From: Narcine bancroftii
Lineage: Eukaryota
Length of the DNA: 64,000 bases
Assembly (NCBI RefSeq): GCF_036971445.1
Contig: NC_091481.1
Coordinates: forward strand, 12,524,001 to 12,588,000
Reading direction: 5' to 3'
Below are positions 12,371 through 23,181 of this stretch, piece by piece; the first letter of the stretch is position 1; every line of letters starts with the position of its first letter. The notes under the pieces are model-generated. The model did no database searches, had not been told where the DNA came from, and was given only the letters and a program-made list of their open reading frames with translations. The translations under genes and the position numbers were made by a program.

Positions 12371-12860
12371 CTAAAAAAAAGAATCTCAATTCACTCCACT
12401 GCATCAAACTGCTTGAAAAATTACATCACAACACTGTACACCTCCACTTGTACATCCAGGAATGTATAATGGAGCACACGATATTATTCCATCCAAATCA
12501 CAACTTCACAATCCTGGACTGAAAATTGAAGGACATGTATTAAATTGAACTATGTCAACTTGACTCAAATTCTGATATAAAACTCAAATCTAAAAGGTCC
12601 AGAAAAACAAAAAAATAAATCTTTGGGCCCAATATACGCTGTCTCCAACCTGTCGATGTGTCAACCTCCCCACTTGATGCTCTGCCCAACCCCACTCTCT
12701 CCATTTTGGTTCTATCTAGTCTCTCTTTATACCACCATTCTTGACTTGTCTTATCAGTTTCCAGATCTGGCGGCCTTTGCCTTAAATTTAATTTTTTTTT
12801 AGACATACAGTCCAGTAAAAGGCCAGTGTCACTCAATTACACCCAATTGATTTACAACCC

Positions 12861-13534
12861 TGTATTGGAGGATTTAAACCATGTTTTTGCTCCTGCAGGG
12901 TTGAGAATCAGTAACCTGCTTGAGACTCAGCAGACATAAGCTAAATTCCACCATGGGGCCCAGAGATGCAGTTATCTGGCAAAAAGACATCTGTGTACCA
13001 AGAGCATTTAATCTTCCTGCTTGTTTTGGTCGCAGTCTTTCAGGCAGAGACCTAACCTTGACGCAAAATAAACCACTGTATTCAAAGTGATAAGCTGAAA
13101 GTTGTGATTCGATAGAAGCCTAGGCATGCTAGCTTGCTCACTTGTCTTTCTTTTTGTGCTGGGAATAGGTGCTTGGGTAAGCAGTTTTTGGGGAATATAA
13201 GCCTTGGTCCCGCTGCTGAAGTTTGAGACTCTCCGAGAGGTGGCAACATCTCTCAGCAAGAAGACGACCTTCTAGAATCCAGCCAATGTCCCGGTCGGGG
13301 GAGGTGGAGGAGAAGGTGCTACCGGCGCCCCGGCAGTTAGGACCACTCCAGGCGTTGATAAGTATAATTGGGAAGGGCTTGCATACTATAGTTTGATATC
13401 AGCTTTAGAATTTGTAATAAAGATTTGTATAAACTGAAGTGCTCTCGGCGTGTGTGTCTATTTTCTTTCGGTAGCTCAAACACTGTGGCCAATCTAAAAC
13501 GAACAAAGTGAGAGGTACAAGTTTACCCAGGACA
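12861..13534 (+). mobile_element. Solo LTR (674 bp) inserted in a SINE
   Basis: TGT...ACA termini; exact 5-bp TSD AACCC at 12856-12860 and 13535-13539; AATAAA near 13416; SINE sequence resumes on both sides. Confidence 0.85.
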
Positions 13535-14399
13535 AACCCTGGCACGTTTTGAAGGGCAGGAGGAAACCAAAACACTCAGAGTAAACCTACACAGATGAGG
13601 AGAACGTACAAACTCCTTAGAGCCTTGGATTCGAAGCCCAGTCACTGGCGCTGTAAGACTGTTGCACTTACCGTTATGTTAACCGTTTGATAATTCCATC
13701 ACCTCTGACTCATCTTCCTCCACCTGACCCCTTGGTTTTTCTTATCCCTCCATTTGCCAAACAACTGCCCCTGTCGATTATGTTTCACCTCTACATGGTT
13801 CATCAAACCTCTCACCATGTGTTCTGTATACACACTTTTTAATCCCATATTTAACCAGTCTCAATAAGAGGTTTCAGCTTGAAATATCGACATTTTTTCT
13901 CCTACTGATACTACTTGAACTGCTGAATTCCTCCAGCAGATTCTGTTCAACAATGTTAATGACATAGATCAGCAGGCATATCACTAACCCCATTATAATT
14001 TAACTATCTTACTTTATCAATACATTAAATGGCATTAAATGTCTAATTCTCCCATTTTTGTCAATAGCCACACCACCGACTTCTCTCTCTCTCTCTCTGA
14101 ATGTTCAAGTACATCTTTTAAGATTTTGGGGATATGGGGTCGACATTTATCATCAAGGAACCTTTGTCGCTCGTGTTTTGCTGCCCGAGATTCACTGGAG
14201 CGTTGACATTTATAAGTTCCATTTTAAAGGGAGCTTGTGGCAGATAAAACACAGATGAGCGGGTAATCATAATAAGGGGTTAAGCTTTTTTTTCCCCTCC
14301 GGTGGGTGGATAATTCCGAGGATAATGGGGAGGGGAAAGGCCTGCAAAAACCTCAGTCACATCACCCTTCCAATGACACCAACCACTCCAAATCCGAAC

Positions 14400-14760
14400 C
14401 GCGACAGAACGGCCCCCATCAGCAACACGTTGTCAACTCCCCAACCTGTGCAGCCCCTTCTTCTCCTCCCTCACCTTTCTCGGTCACCACGAAGCAGTGT
14501 TTCACCGGCCCCAGCTCGCTGTAAATCTCTTCTAGCCGCTCGTTGTTAGCCAAAGTCGGCAGATTCCTCACGAATAGCGTTGTCAGATGGTCCCGAATCG
14601 CACCCTTGGCCTTCCCCGAGGGTGCAGCCATCTTTCGTGTGCTCCTTCCCAAGCGTTCCGACGGGAACACCAGTTCCACCAAATGGTCCGGGTGGAAACC
14701 AGAACCATCCTTGACCTCCACATATTTTAGCAGTCCTTTCTTCATTTAACTTGTAATGTT
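14400..14760 (-). promoter_or_regulatory. RBM28 promoter / first-exon CpG-rich region
   Basis: Local CpG enrichment around the start codon; YY1-like AAGATGGCTGC overlaps the ATG. Transcription start not determinable. Confidence 0.55.
14475..14631 (-). CDS. RBM28: RBM28 coding exon 1 (RRM1 start)
   Basis: AAGATGG start; encodes [52 protein letters not shown], resembling RBM28/Nop4 RRM1; donor AAG|GTGAGG, phase 1; CpG-rich context. Confidence 0.93.
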
Positions 14761-15152
14761 TAATTTCGCCACTCTAACTATTAGTAAAATGATCATTTAT
14801 ATTCATGCAGGAAATTCTATTGGGAACAGGACATTTATTTTGGATTTCAATATTACATCCAGAGATACAGAATTGTGACCAGCACCATCAGGCTGAGCAA
14901 GCTTCTTCCCACGAGCAGTGAGAATGGCTGAACTACAAAAGGAAACTGCTCACATTAACCAGCTCATATTCATGATACAATATTCATTTATTTGTATATA
15001 CTAATACTTCCTCTGCATATGTATTGTCCGTATGTGTGCTGTATCTGGTTGTGTGTCTGTTTGTTTTGCACCGAATACCAGAGAATGTTATTTTGTGCAA
15101 TCAGATGACAATAAACTTGAATTGACTACTGAAGTTAATCTGGAGTTATAAC

Positions 15153-15712
15153 TGTGATGATATGGAATTACACCACTAGGTCACCAGGGGTCATCCAGGT
15201 GACCTTGCCTATAAAGCAGTCCAGAGCTACAGTCTAGCCTTCCAGGTTGGTCTTGCAGAGAGACAAGACCTCTTAGTGTATATAGTAGCGAGCTCTCCAC
15301 TGGCCACCGTGACAGAGGTGCACCAAAGAAAAGGTACAAGGACTGCCTAAAGAAATCTCTTGGTGCCTGCCACATTGACCACCGCCAGTGGGCTGATAAC
15401 GCCTCAAACCGTGCATCTTGGCGCCTCACAGTTTGGCGGGCAGCAGCCTCCTTTGAAGAAGACCGCAGAGCCCACCTCACTGACAAAAGGCAAAGGAGGA
15501 AAAACCCAACACCCAACCCCAACCAACCAATTTTCCCTTGCAACCGCTGCAATCGTGTCTGCCTGTCCCGCATCGGACTGGTCAGCCACAAACGAGCCTG
15601 CAGCTGACGTGGACTTTTTACCCCCTCCATAAATCTTCGTCCGCGAAGCCAAGCCAAAGAAAAAAGAAAGCTGTCTTATACTCGCACTGCTGGTGTGGTT
15701 ATGGTCAGTACA
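15153..15712 (+). mobile_element. Short solo LTR interrupted by an RTE fragment
   Basis: TGT...ACA termini; exact 5-bp TSD ATAAC at 15148-15152 and 15713-15717; TATAAA at 15210. Confidence 0.8.
15288..15668 (+). mobile_element. RTE-clade LINE 3' fragment
   Basis: ELSTGHRDRGAPKKRYKDCLKKSL...FPCNRCNRVCLSRIGLVSHKRACS-stop, an RTE C-terminus with CxxC...H...C motif; A-rich tail. Confidence 0.88.
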
Positions 15713-16006
15713 ATAACAGCAGAAGTGTAACCTACAACTCTCAATAAATGATGCCTATGGACAGAGCGAATTGCTTCCCAGTTGCAGCTTCAAACCTGAT
15801 CCATAGCCCCCAGTTATGTGTCTGGAGTGTACCAACATGCATTTCCTCAGCGTGCTTATGTTTCCTTCTGTGGTCCAAAAACGTGTTTGTAAAGGATGAC
15901 ACTGGACAACAAAGATTTTGCTTCCTGAACACCTTTGGGTGCATTTTATGGATTTTGGGCTGGTGATCAAAACTATCACCTTAAAATGTTCCTATCACAT
16001 ACGAAT

Positions 16007-17295
16007 TGTGGTAAACTATGATTGGCTACTGCCGGCTGGACATGCCTCCTGAGATCGATTCTATCCATTACCCCTTACATGTTCCTCAGTCCTCCTGCCA
16101 TGATCAGTCAATGAAGTTGGTTGTTTCTCCAGCCTATAGTCAATAAAAAGCCTATCAGTTTCACAACAATCTTTTGTGGTGATTGATGGTGTTTCAATTT
16201 TATTGACTAAAAATTTTCAAATAAAATAGAGCAATGCCTGAAATCAGAGAGACTCAACAAAGACCCTCTATCCTCTGACTCCACAAACACGTTCAAACTC
16301 TGGCTACTTTGTTTTGAGGACTTCCTGAGAGCAGCCACGAACGTTGTTAATAGGGACAAAGACAGAACTTGAAACTCCTCTTCTCACGAGTCAGACCCCT
16401 GGTCTTCCCAATGACCAATAATACCAAATTGTATGCGGAGGCCTAAGTACACTGAAGGTTCAGTATCACACAAGGGTAAACGAGGCCTATGCATGACACC
16501 TCCTGGCCACTAGAAAGCAGTGACTCAGTGAGTCGAGCACCGAGTACCTACAGGGTCTCTGGGCTCTTTGCAGGGCAATGCAACAATAAAGCTGTGACAG
16601 CCACCCAGAACACAGAGGACCTATGTGGCTGGCATCCAGTCCAGATACATAAGACAGCGACTCAAGGAGCAGAAGGTACTTGACCTGCAAAGGGCAGATG
16701 AATTAACAGAGTTGCTGGAGGTGGCCCTCCAAAACTTGGACGACTACTTGGCCTCTTGGCCACCACAATCTTGGGACGGACGCTGTCTCGCACATCATCA
16801 CACTCCTTTAGCGACCTGATCTCAGCAGCCGAGGTGGGTAATTTCCCCAAATTTTATTTCTGTGGGCAGGGCAAGCACCCAAGGAAACACTGCCCTGCCA
16901 AGAAGGCAGTATAAGCTAGGGGTGGTAAAGGGGACATTACTCAAAAGTCTGTCAGTCTAACCCACCCGAGAAACCTAGCAGCGCCACATGCAGACAGCCA
17001 TCACCCCAGACAGCAAGATCAGCACCATCCCCTCTGCGGACCAGCGACGCCACTTGCGAGTCACGGGGGTCGCCATCTTAGGAACTCAGGCCCTCATCAG
17101 ACACGGATGGTAAGTCCATATTGGCCCCAAGAGAGACCACATGAACTCGCCAGGTCCATGATGGATGTTCATGAAAACGGGCATGTAATGAACTGTTTGC
17201 TTGATAGCAGGAGTATGGAAAACTTTATTCGCCCCGATACCGCTAAGTGCCTATCCCTTGAAGTACGGCTAGCCATAAGATATCATTCACGTCAT
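16007..17295 (+). mobile_element. Gypsy-type LTR retrotransposon 5' part (LTR, degraded gag, protease)
   Basis: TG...CA LTR at about 16007-16196 with AATAAA; zinc-knuckle remnants YFCGQGKHPRKHCPAK and GHYSKVCQS; protease-like LLDSRSMENFI; truncated at a CR1 fragment. Confidence 0.75.
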
Positions 17296-17296
17296 T

Positions 17297-17715
17297 CATA
17301 GAAGATAGGAGATAGGAGCAGGAGTAGGTCATTCGACCCTTCGAGCCTGCTCCGCCAGTCAACGAGATCATGGCTGATCTTAAAGTTCAGTACCCCGTCC
17401 CCGCCTTCTCTCTGTAACCTTTAATACCCTTATACTGAAGAAATAGATCTAATTCCCTCTTAAATAGATTTAATGAACCTGCCTCTATTGCCCTCTGTGG
17501 CGATGAATTCCACAGATTCACCACCCTCTGGGTAAAGAAATTCCTCCTCATGACCTATTATCCTCAAACCATGGCTCCAGGTTCTGGATTTTCCCATCAT
17601 TGGAAACATCCCATCCGCATCCACTCTGTCCAGTCCTGCCAGAATTTTATATGTCTCTATGAGATCCCCTCTCAATCTTCTAAACTCCAGCGAGTACAAT
17701 CCCAATTTGCGCAAT
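17297..17715 (-). mobile_element. CR1 LINE 3' fragment
   Basis: LRKLGLYSLEFRRLRGDLIETYKILAGLDRVD, the CR1 ORF2 C-terminus. Confidence 0.88.
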
Positions 17716-17829
17716 TTGGCATAACATTGAGGGCCTGTACTGTGCTGTAATGTTCTACGTTCTTTAAGGCCACAATAACTTAGTGTAAGATGTAGATAAT
17801 AACATTGGAAATCCATTGTCTACAATAGT

Positions 17830-18300
17830 TAATTAATCCCAGGAAAGCTCTCACTTGCTTTAGTGTGAGTTTGGACAATCAGAGTGATTCTGTCCTCAGT
17901 GAGTTTCCTGTCTGTTGCACTAAATATGATGCCAAGGAATTTTACTTCTTCTTTGCCCTGTTTTACTTTATGAGCAGGGATAGCATCGCCCAAAGAATAC
18001 AGAAAGTTCAGTAGAAATGGGCTGTCTGAGTTATTTGCAGCACAGGATGGACTAGCTAGTAGTAATCTTAAATTTGCAGACTTAGGTGTTTCACTCAGGG
18101 CAGAGAACAATCTGCAAGCAGTGCAAAATGGCCAGTAGGTGGAACTCGAGAGCTTCTCTAGTAAATAGACACGGAGACTGGAGTGTTAGGTAAGGAGTAC
18201 AGTACAATACTCGGTCAGATCAGATGCATAACCCGAGGGGTCATTATCCTGAGCTAGAATCTGCTTTTTTGCCTTCTTACTTGGGAGAGCCTTGGTTCAT
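17830..18300 (-). mobile_element. Degenerate retroviral-type pol (RT) fragment
   Basis: LLLASPS...LLNFLYSLG...HKVKQGKEEVKFLG...RKLTEDRITLI resembles the region after YxDD in retroviral RT; PNTPV lies upstream. Confidence 0.55.
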
Positions 18301-18519
18301 CCTGCAACTGTGTCAGCAACCTGATAGAGGGGAGTGGACTGTGGAGGAAGTTCCTCGCTATCTCTTCGAGGGATAATTAACTACGTTGGGATACTGTGGG
18401 GGAGGTACAGAAAGTTTAAGGTGCAGAAGAGGGACCAGGATGCACAGGTGCATCTTACAGGAGAGGTACAGAAGATACAGAGGGTGCAGAGGGGGTATAG
18501 TAATAACACAAAATACTGG

Positions 18520-18835
18520 GGACGTTCAGCAGGTCAAACAGTGGACTTTACATAGCAAAGGCAAAGATGCAAAGCCAACGTTTCAGGCTTGAGCCCTTCA
18601 CCAAGGCATGAGAAAATGCTGGCAAGCGTCCAAACAAAAGAGAAGGAGAGGGGAAGGAGTGGCAAAAGCAGGAGATGATGGGTGGAGAAAGGAGGGAGGG
18701 TACAGCAGCACTGGGGGCGGGCAGATGGTAGGGCTGTGTGGGTAAAAGAACTGGAAAGACAGGAAAGGGGGAGGGAAAAGAAAAGGCAATCAGGTTTAAT
18801 AGAAAGCAGTGAAGTCAAGGTTCATGCCGTGTGGA
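18520..18835 (-). mobile_element. Penelope-like terminal fragment
   Basis: The minus strand carries the GAAGGGCTCAAGCCTGAAACGTT terminal motif related to 22457-22761, 26590 and 37143. Confidence 0.55.
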
Positions 18836-19352
18836 ACTACTGGTAATTATTTTTGTTTCTATTATTATTTATTTTGACAATTTTATTTTTTTGGCTTAAG
18901 ATACAATGACTGCATTAAAAACAAAAAATGCAGTATAGAAAATGATAGCCCCAAATATGAAATTAGGGTTAGTTTTGTGAGCAGGTATGGCATGGTTGCG
19001 GCCTTGTGTGCAGTATTATGGTAGGTACCGGTAATGGTAATACAGTATACTGTAATCATGAGCTTTAAGTAGATTTCACTAAGCTCAAATGTTGGGTGTG
19101 ATGGAAACAAATAAAACAGCAAGCAGAGGAAAATATTTTTAAGAGCTACGACAACTTATTTATAGTTTTTGTTACTTGGTAGGACGTGTTTTGATGCGCA
19201 GATTCCAATTGTTACTTTAATTCATTGTGTTTTTATTCTTTATTCATTTAGAGATCAATTGAACTTCTGCTACTGACATGGTTTTTTGTGAATTTCAGCC
19301 TTTCAAAAGGTAATTTCCATGTAATAGATGACCCAATAAATTTAACATTAAA

Positions 19353-19647
19353 TTTAGTGGCCTGCTAACCGGGACACGACCCAGTACATAAGATGGCCGG
19401 CGAAGGCAGCATCCTGCAGACCCTGCGGGGGCCAACGACCTTTGTTCCAGGTGACAACCAACTCAGCGGGAAGCAACGAGCAACAGCGGGAATGCCAACC
19501 AATCCAAGTGTGGCGCTGCCATGACATCACTCCTGTTATCAGTGGTGGGGAGAGAATATAAGCCAAGTTGCCAATGCAATAAACCAGTCGTCGACTTCCT
19601 GGGTGTGTGTCATTCTTTCCACACTTTGTGGTAGCGGGCACGCTACA
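19353..19647 (+). mobile_element. Solo LTR, about 295 bp, upstream of the GARIN1-like gene
   Basis: CpG-rich block ending GCTACA, with CCAAT (19499), TATAA (19557) and AATAAA (19578) in LTR order; 5' end degenerate, no TSD seen. Confidence 0.65.
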
Positions 19648-20075
19648 CTCCAGAAATGTTTGACTTTTACATGAGTATGTGCGGTATTTAGCAAGAGTGG
19701 ATACAGCTGATCACTGATGAGTAGGCTCCATATTTCTGCTTTTCCCACTCTGCTGTACATTTATGATCTCACTGGGAAAGTGATGCCCTGACAACTATTA
19801 TGACACCACCATCAGCTGTCACCTCGTTAATTAACCCAATCTGGATAATACTTGACCTTCACTGGAATGGTGTCAGTTGAATAAAGCCTGATCCAATCAG
19901 AAAGTGTTTGATACCATTATAAATCCTTTTGTTTGTGAATCTCAGCTGTCAATTACTGGAATTATAGAGTTGAAATGGAATCTTTCGTGCAGAAACATGT
20001 CTTCAGGAGCAAAACTGAAGTGCAGTAATTTGGAAAAAAAACTGGCCTGAGAATTACAAGAAGGGCAGATTAAAG

Positions 20076-20267
20076 ATGGATCAATCAACTTCACATAGAC
20101 ATGATTTATTCACAGGTGTAACAGAAGCTGCAAATTCTGCCACTGGATCTCCAAGCCTCAGTCCTGCACAACTCGGTGTGGAAGGTGGATCACTACACAA
20201 GCTCCTTCGATCCCAAGAATATAACCTCTTTGCACAGTCTGCAGTTTTTGAAAGTGATTTTATTCAG
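20076..20267 (+). CDS. GARIN1/FAM71F-like gene, coding exon 1
   Basis: AAGATGG start; ends LGVEGGSLHKLLRSQEYNLFAQSAVFESDFIQ, the FESxFIQ motif of the FAM71/GARIN family; donor CAG|GTCAGA; 192 nt. Confidence 0.88.
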
Positions 20268-21092
20268 GTCAGAGATTCAGACCAGAATCTATTGTAAGTT
20301 GAGGAATCCTGGCCAACTTTGGCATAAAATGTGGGCTGCACTCCAAACCAGTTCTCTTTCAGATATCCCATTCTTTACAGAGATTCAAACTGATACTCTG
20401 CTAGTTTTATCTGGTTCACATTAAAAAAAAACCCACAATACTTCAAAAAAGAACAGATGATTTTCTTCCCTGAACTGGTCATTGTACATGTCTCAACTAA
20501 AACCACAGATTGTTGCCCATCAGGTTGTTTGTTATTGCTAATGCAGCACCTTGCCCAAGATGAGTACTTTAAGTTTATGACATTTTTTTAATGTAAAAGT
20601 CAGAAAATTTAGATGCCCCTAATATGAACAATCCAAAAATCCAGATTTCTTGAAAACTCTGCTTTTATGTGCACGTGTAACTGTGTGCATTGCGTAAGCA
20701 CCACAGATGGACAGCCTGAGAATCCAGAAAATCCAAACTGACCCAATCCCTGAGCAGTCCAATTTTAGGACTTCTTCTGTGCAATTAAATCAATTCTGAT
20801 TGTTAATAATGTCATGGTGACTATTATTGAGAATCATAATGCTTATGAATAAATTGTTGGGTATCTCAGGTCCTGGTGATTGAGGCATTCTTTGCCACAT
20901 CCATGGAATCAGGTGAAATTCCATTCATCTAAATGAAAACTTGGAGCAGAAACCTGTAAAATCCCTTCTAATCAACCCTCAATTGTTTCACCACGGACTG
21001 AAACCTTTCTAATAGTTCTGTCTTCAGCTGCCAATGCTAACTTCAAAAACTCTCTGAATCTCTCCAATATATTAACTTATATTTCCTTCTTT

Positions 21093-21510
21093 CTTCTTCT
21101 TTGGCTTGGCTTCGCGGACGAAGATTTATGGAGGGGGTAAAAAGTCCACATCAGCTGCAGGCTCGTTTGTGGCTGACAAGTCCGATGCGGGACAGGCAGA
21201 CACGGTTGCAGCGGTTGCAGGGGAAAATTGGTTGGTTGGGGTTGGGTGTTGGGTTTTTCCTCCTTTGCCTTTTGTCAGTGAGGTGGGCTCTGCGGTCTTC
21301 TTCAAAGGAGGTTGCTGCCCGCCAAACTGTGAGGTGCCAAGATGCACGGTTTGAGGTGTTATCAGCCCACTGGCGGTGGTCAATGTGGCAGGCACCAAGA
21401 GATTTCTTTAGGCAGTCCTTGTACCTTTTCTTTGGTGCACCTCTGTCATGGTGGCCAGTGGAGAGCTCGCCATATAACACGAGGACCATCGCCTTCCCAA
21501 GATCGTGTTA
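21093..21510 (-). mobile_element. RTE-clade LINE 3' fragment with short 5' inversion
   Basis: Near-identical to 15288-15668 in reverse; TSD TATTTCCTTCTTT at 21080-21092 and 21509-21521. Confidence 0.88.
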
Positions 21511-22456
21511 TTTCCTTCTTTAAGGTGCTCCTTAATACCAACCATTGGCCATGCTGTTGACAGGGATCTGTTTTTTTTTTAAAACTTAAAGATAGATAGA
21601 CTAGTCAATTGGTCATAAAATATAATTTAATCCAGGCAAATGACGTAATATAATTGAGCACATTCAGCAAAAAAATGCACAATAAATGGGAGGATATTAA
21701 GGTCTGGGATCTTTGAGTGCATATTCAGAGCTCTTTAAAGGTAGAAAGACAAGTTAATAAGGTGGTTAAAAAGGCAAACAAAATGCTTTACTAAATTACT
21801 ATACTATAGGAGGGAAGTTATGCAAAAACTGTTAACGTTTATTTGTTATGATGTTAACAGAGGTTGAACATTCTGTACAATTCTTGTTAGTATAGTAAAT
21901 ATATAAATGAGAAGCTACCAAGGAGATTTACAGGAAATGTTGCCAGGTGTGAAAAGTGTACCTACAAGGGTGAGATTGTTTTCTTTGGAAAAGAGAAGGG
22001 TGAGGAGATGCTTAACATTCCAACATGGAGAAAAAAAAACTATTTTCCTTGGTTGAGGATTAAACACCAAGAGACACAGATTTAAATTAATTGGTTAAAT
22101 GGAACATGACATCTTTGTTTTCCATCCAGAGGATAGCAAGGGTCAAAAACTCAATCTGAAAGGGTGCTAGAGGTAGAAATCCTGATCACTAGAGGGTTAT
22201 GAATAAAGAGTTGGAAGGTGAATTAGATTCATTTGTTGTTTTTCGATCAGCCCATCTCCGTACACATTATAAATATTGCATGATTCTTAGATCTTTAGCC
22301 AAAAACTCATCTATTTTGTGCACATCGGTGCCTTAATGTCAAATGTGGTAAATTATCAGATATTCTGCTTCAGTGAGAGTGGTAGAATCCAAATACAGTC
22401 ATTTATACCCATTTCAAATAAGACCTCAAGCACTACTGCAGTAATATTTTTATATT

Positions 22457-22761
22457 AAAAACACACAAAACTGATGGAGGAACTCAGCCAGTCTTGCAGC
22501 GTCCACAGGAGATAAAGATATATTACGGACATTTCAGGCCTGAGCCCTTCGTCAGGGAAGAAGCAAAGAACAAATAGGAAAGCATTAGGATAAAGTCATG
22601 TTCTTTGCTTCTTCCCTGACGAAGGGCTCAGGCCTGAAATGTCTGTAACATATCTTTACCTCCTATGGACTCTTAAGACCAGCTGTATTTCTCCAGCATT
22701 TCTATGTGTTTTTACTACATCTGTGTGTTTTCACAGCATCTGCAGACTTTCGTGTTTCACT
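22457..22761. mobile_element. Penelope-derived fold-back element with hammerhead-like cores
   Basis: Inverted arms of about 115 bp with a perfect 45-bp inner stem (22528-22572 / 22599-22643); flanking duplication CAGTAATATTTTTATATT (22439-22456) / CAGTAATATCTTTACATT (22762-22779). Confidence 0.75.
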
Positions 22762-23011
22762 CAGTAATATCTTTACATTTCTGAGGTTTCCAGTCCAGAA
22801 CTTATAATTGTGGAATTGTTATTATTGCAAGCTGATTACTCCTCCACGCTGTTTGAATGACAATTTATATTGAGGTTGAGCAGGGTTTACACCAGCTCTT
22901 TACTTGTCTCATTTCTACATCTTAGTGAACATATTACCTGTAGAGCTAATGGGTAGAAAGCTCTGCCAGAAAGATGTTATTTTGACTAATTAAAATGTAA
23001 TTCAAATTCAG

Positions 23012-23181
23012 GTGACTCGACGTGGAAACCTTGTGGACATCTACAATATCCCAACACTCCTGACTTTGGGAATAACTGCCTCTGTTCCATTCTTACCTCT
23101 TCCAAATATCTTGATCATTGCTAGCAGAGACAACAAATCCAAATGGACTGAGGGAGAAGAAGGATATATGAAGATAACCAG
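23012..23181 (+). CDS. GARIN1/FAM71F-like gene, coding exon 2
   Basis: Acceptor AATTCAG|; VTRRGNLVDIYNIPTLLTLGITASVPFLPLPNILIIAS...MKITR, with the family motif LGxTxSVPxLPLPNxL; donor CAG|GTGATT; 170 nt, phase 0-2. Confidence 0.88.

Noticed and set aside
15181-15657. Duplicated 140-158 aa ORF (also 21101-21523) as a gene family
   Set aside because: These are antisense frames of the RTE 3' end.
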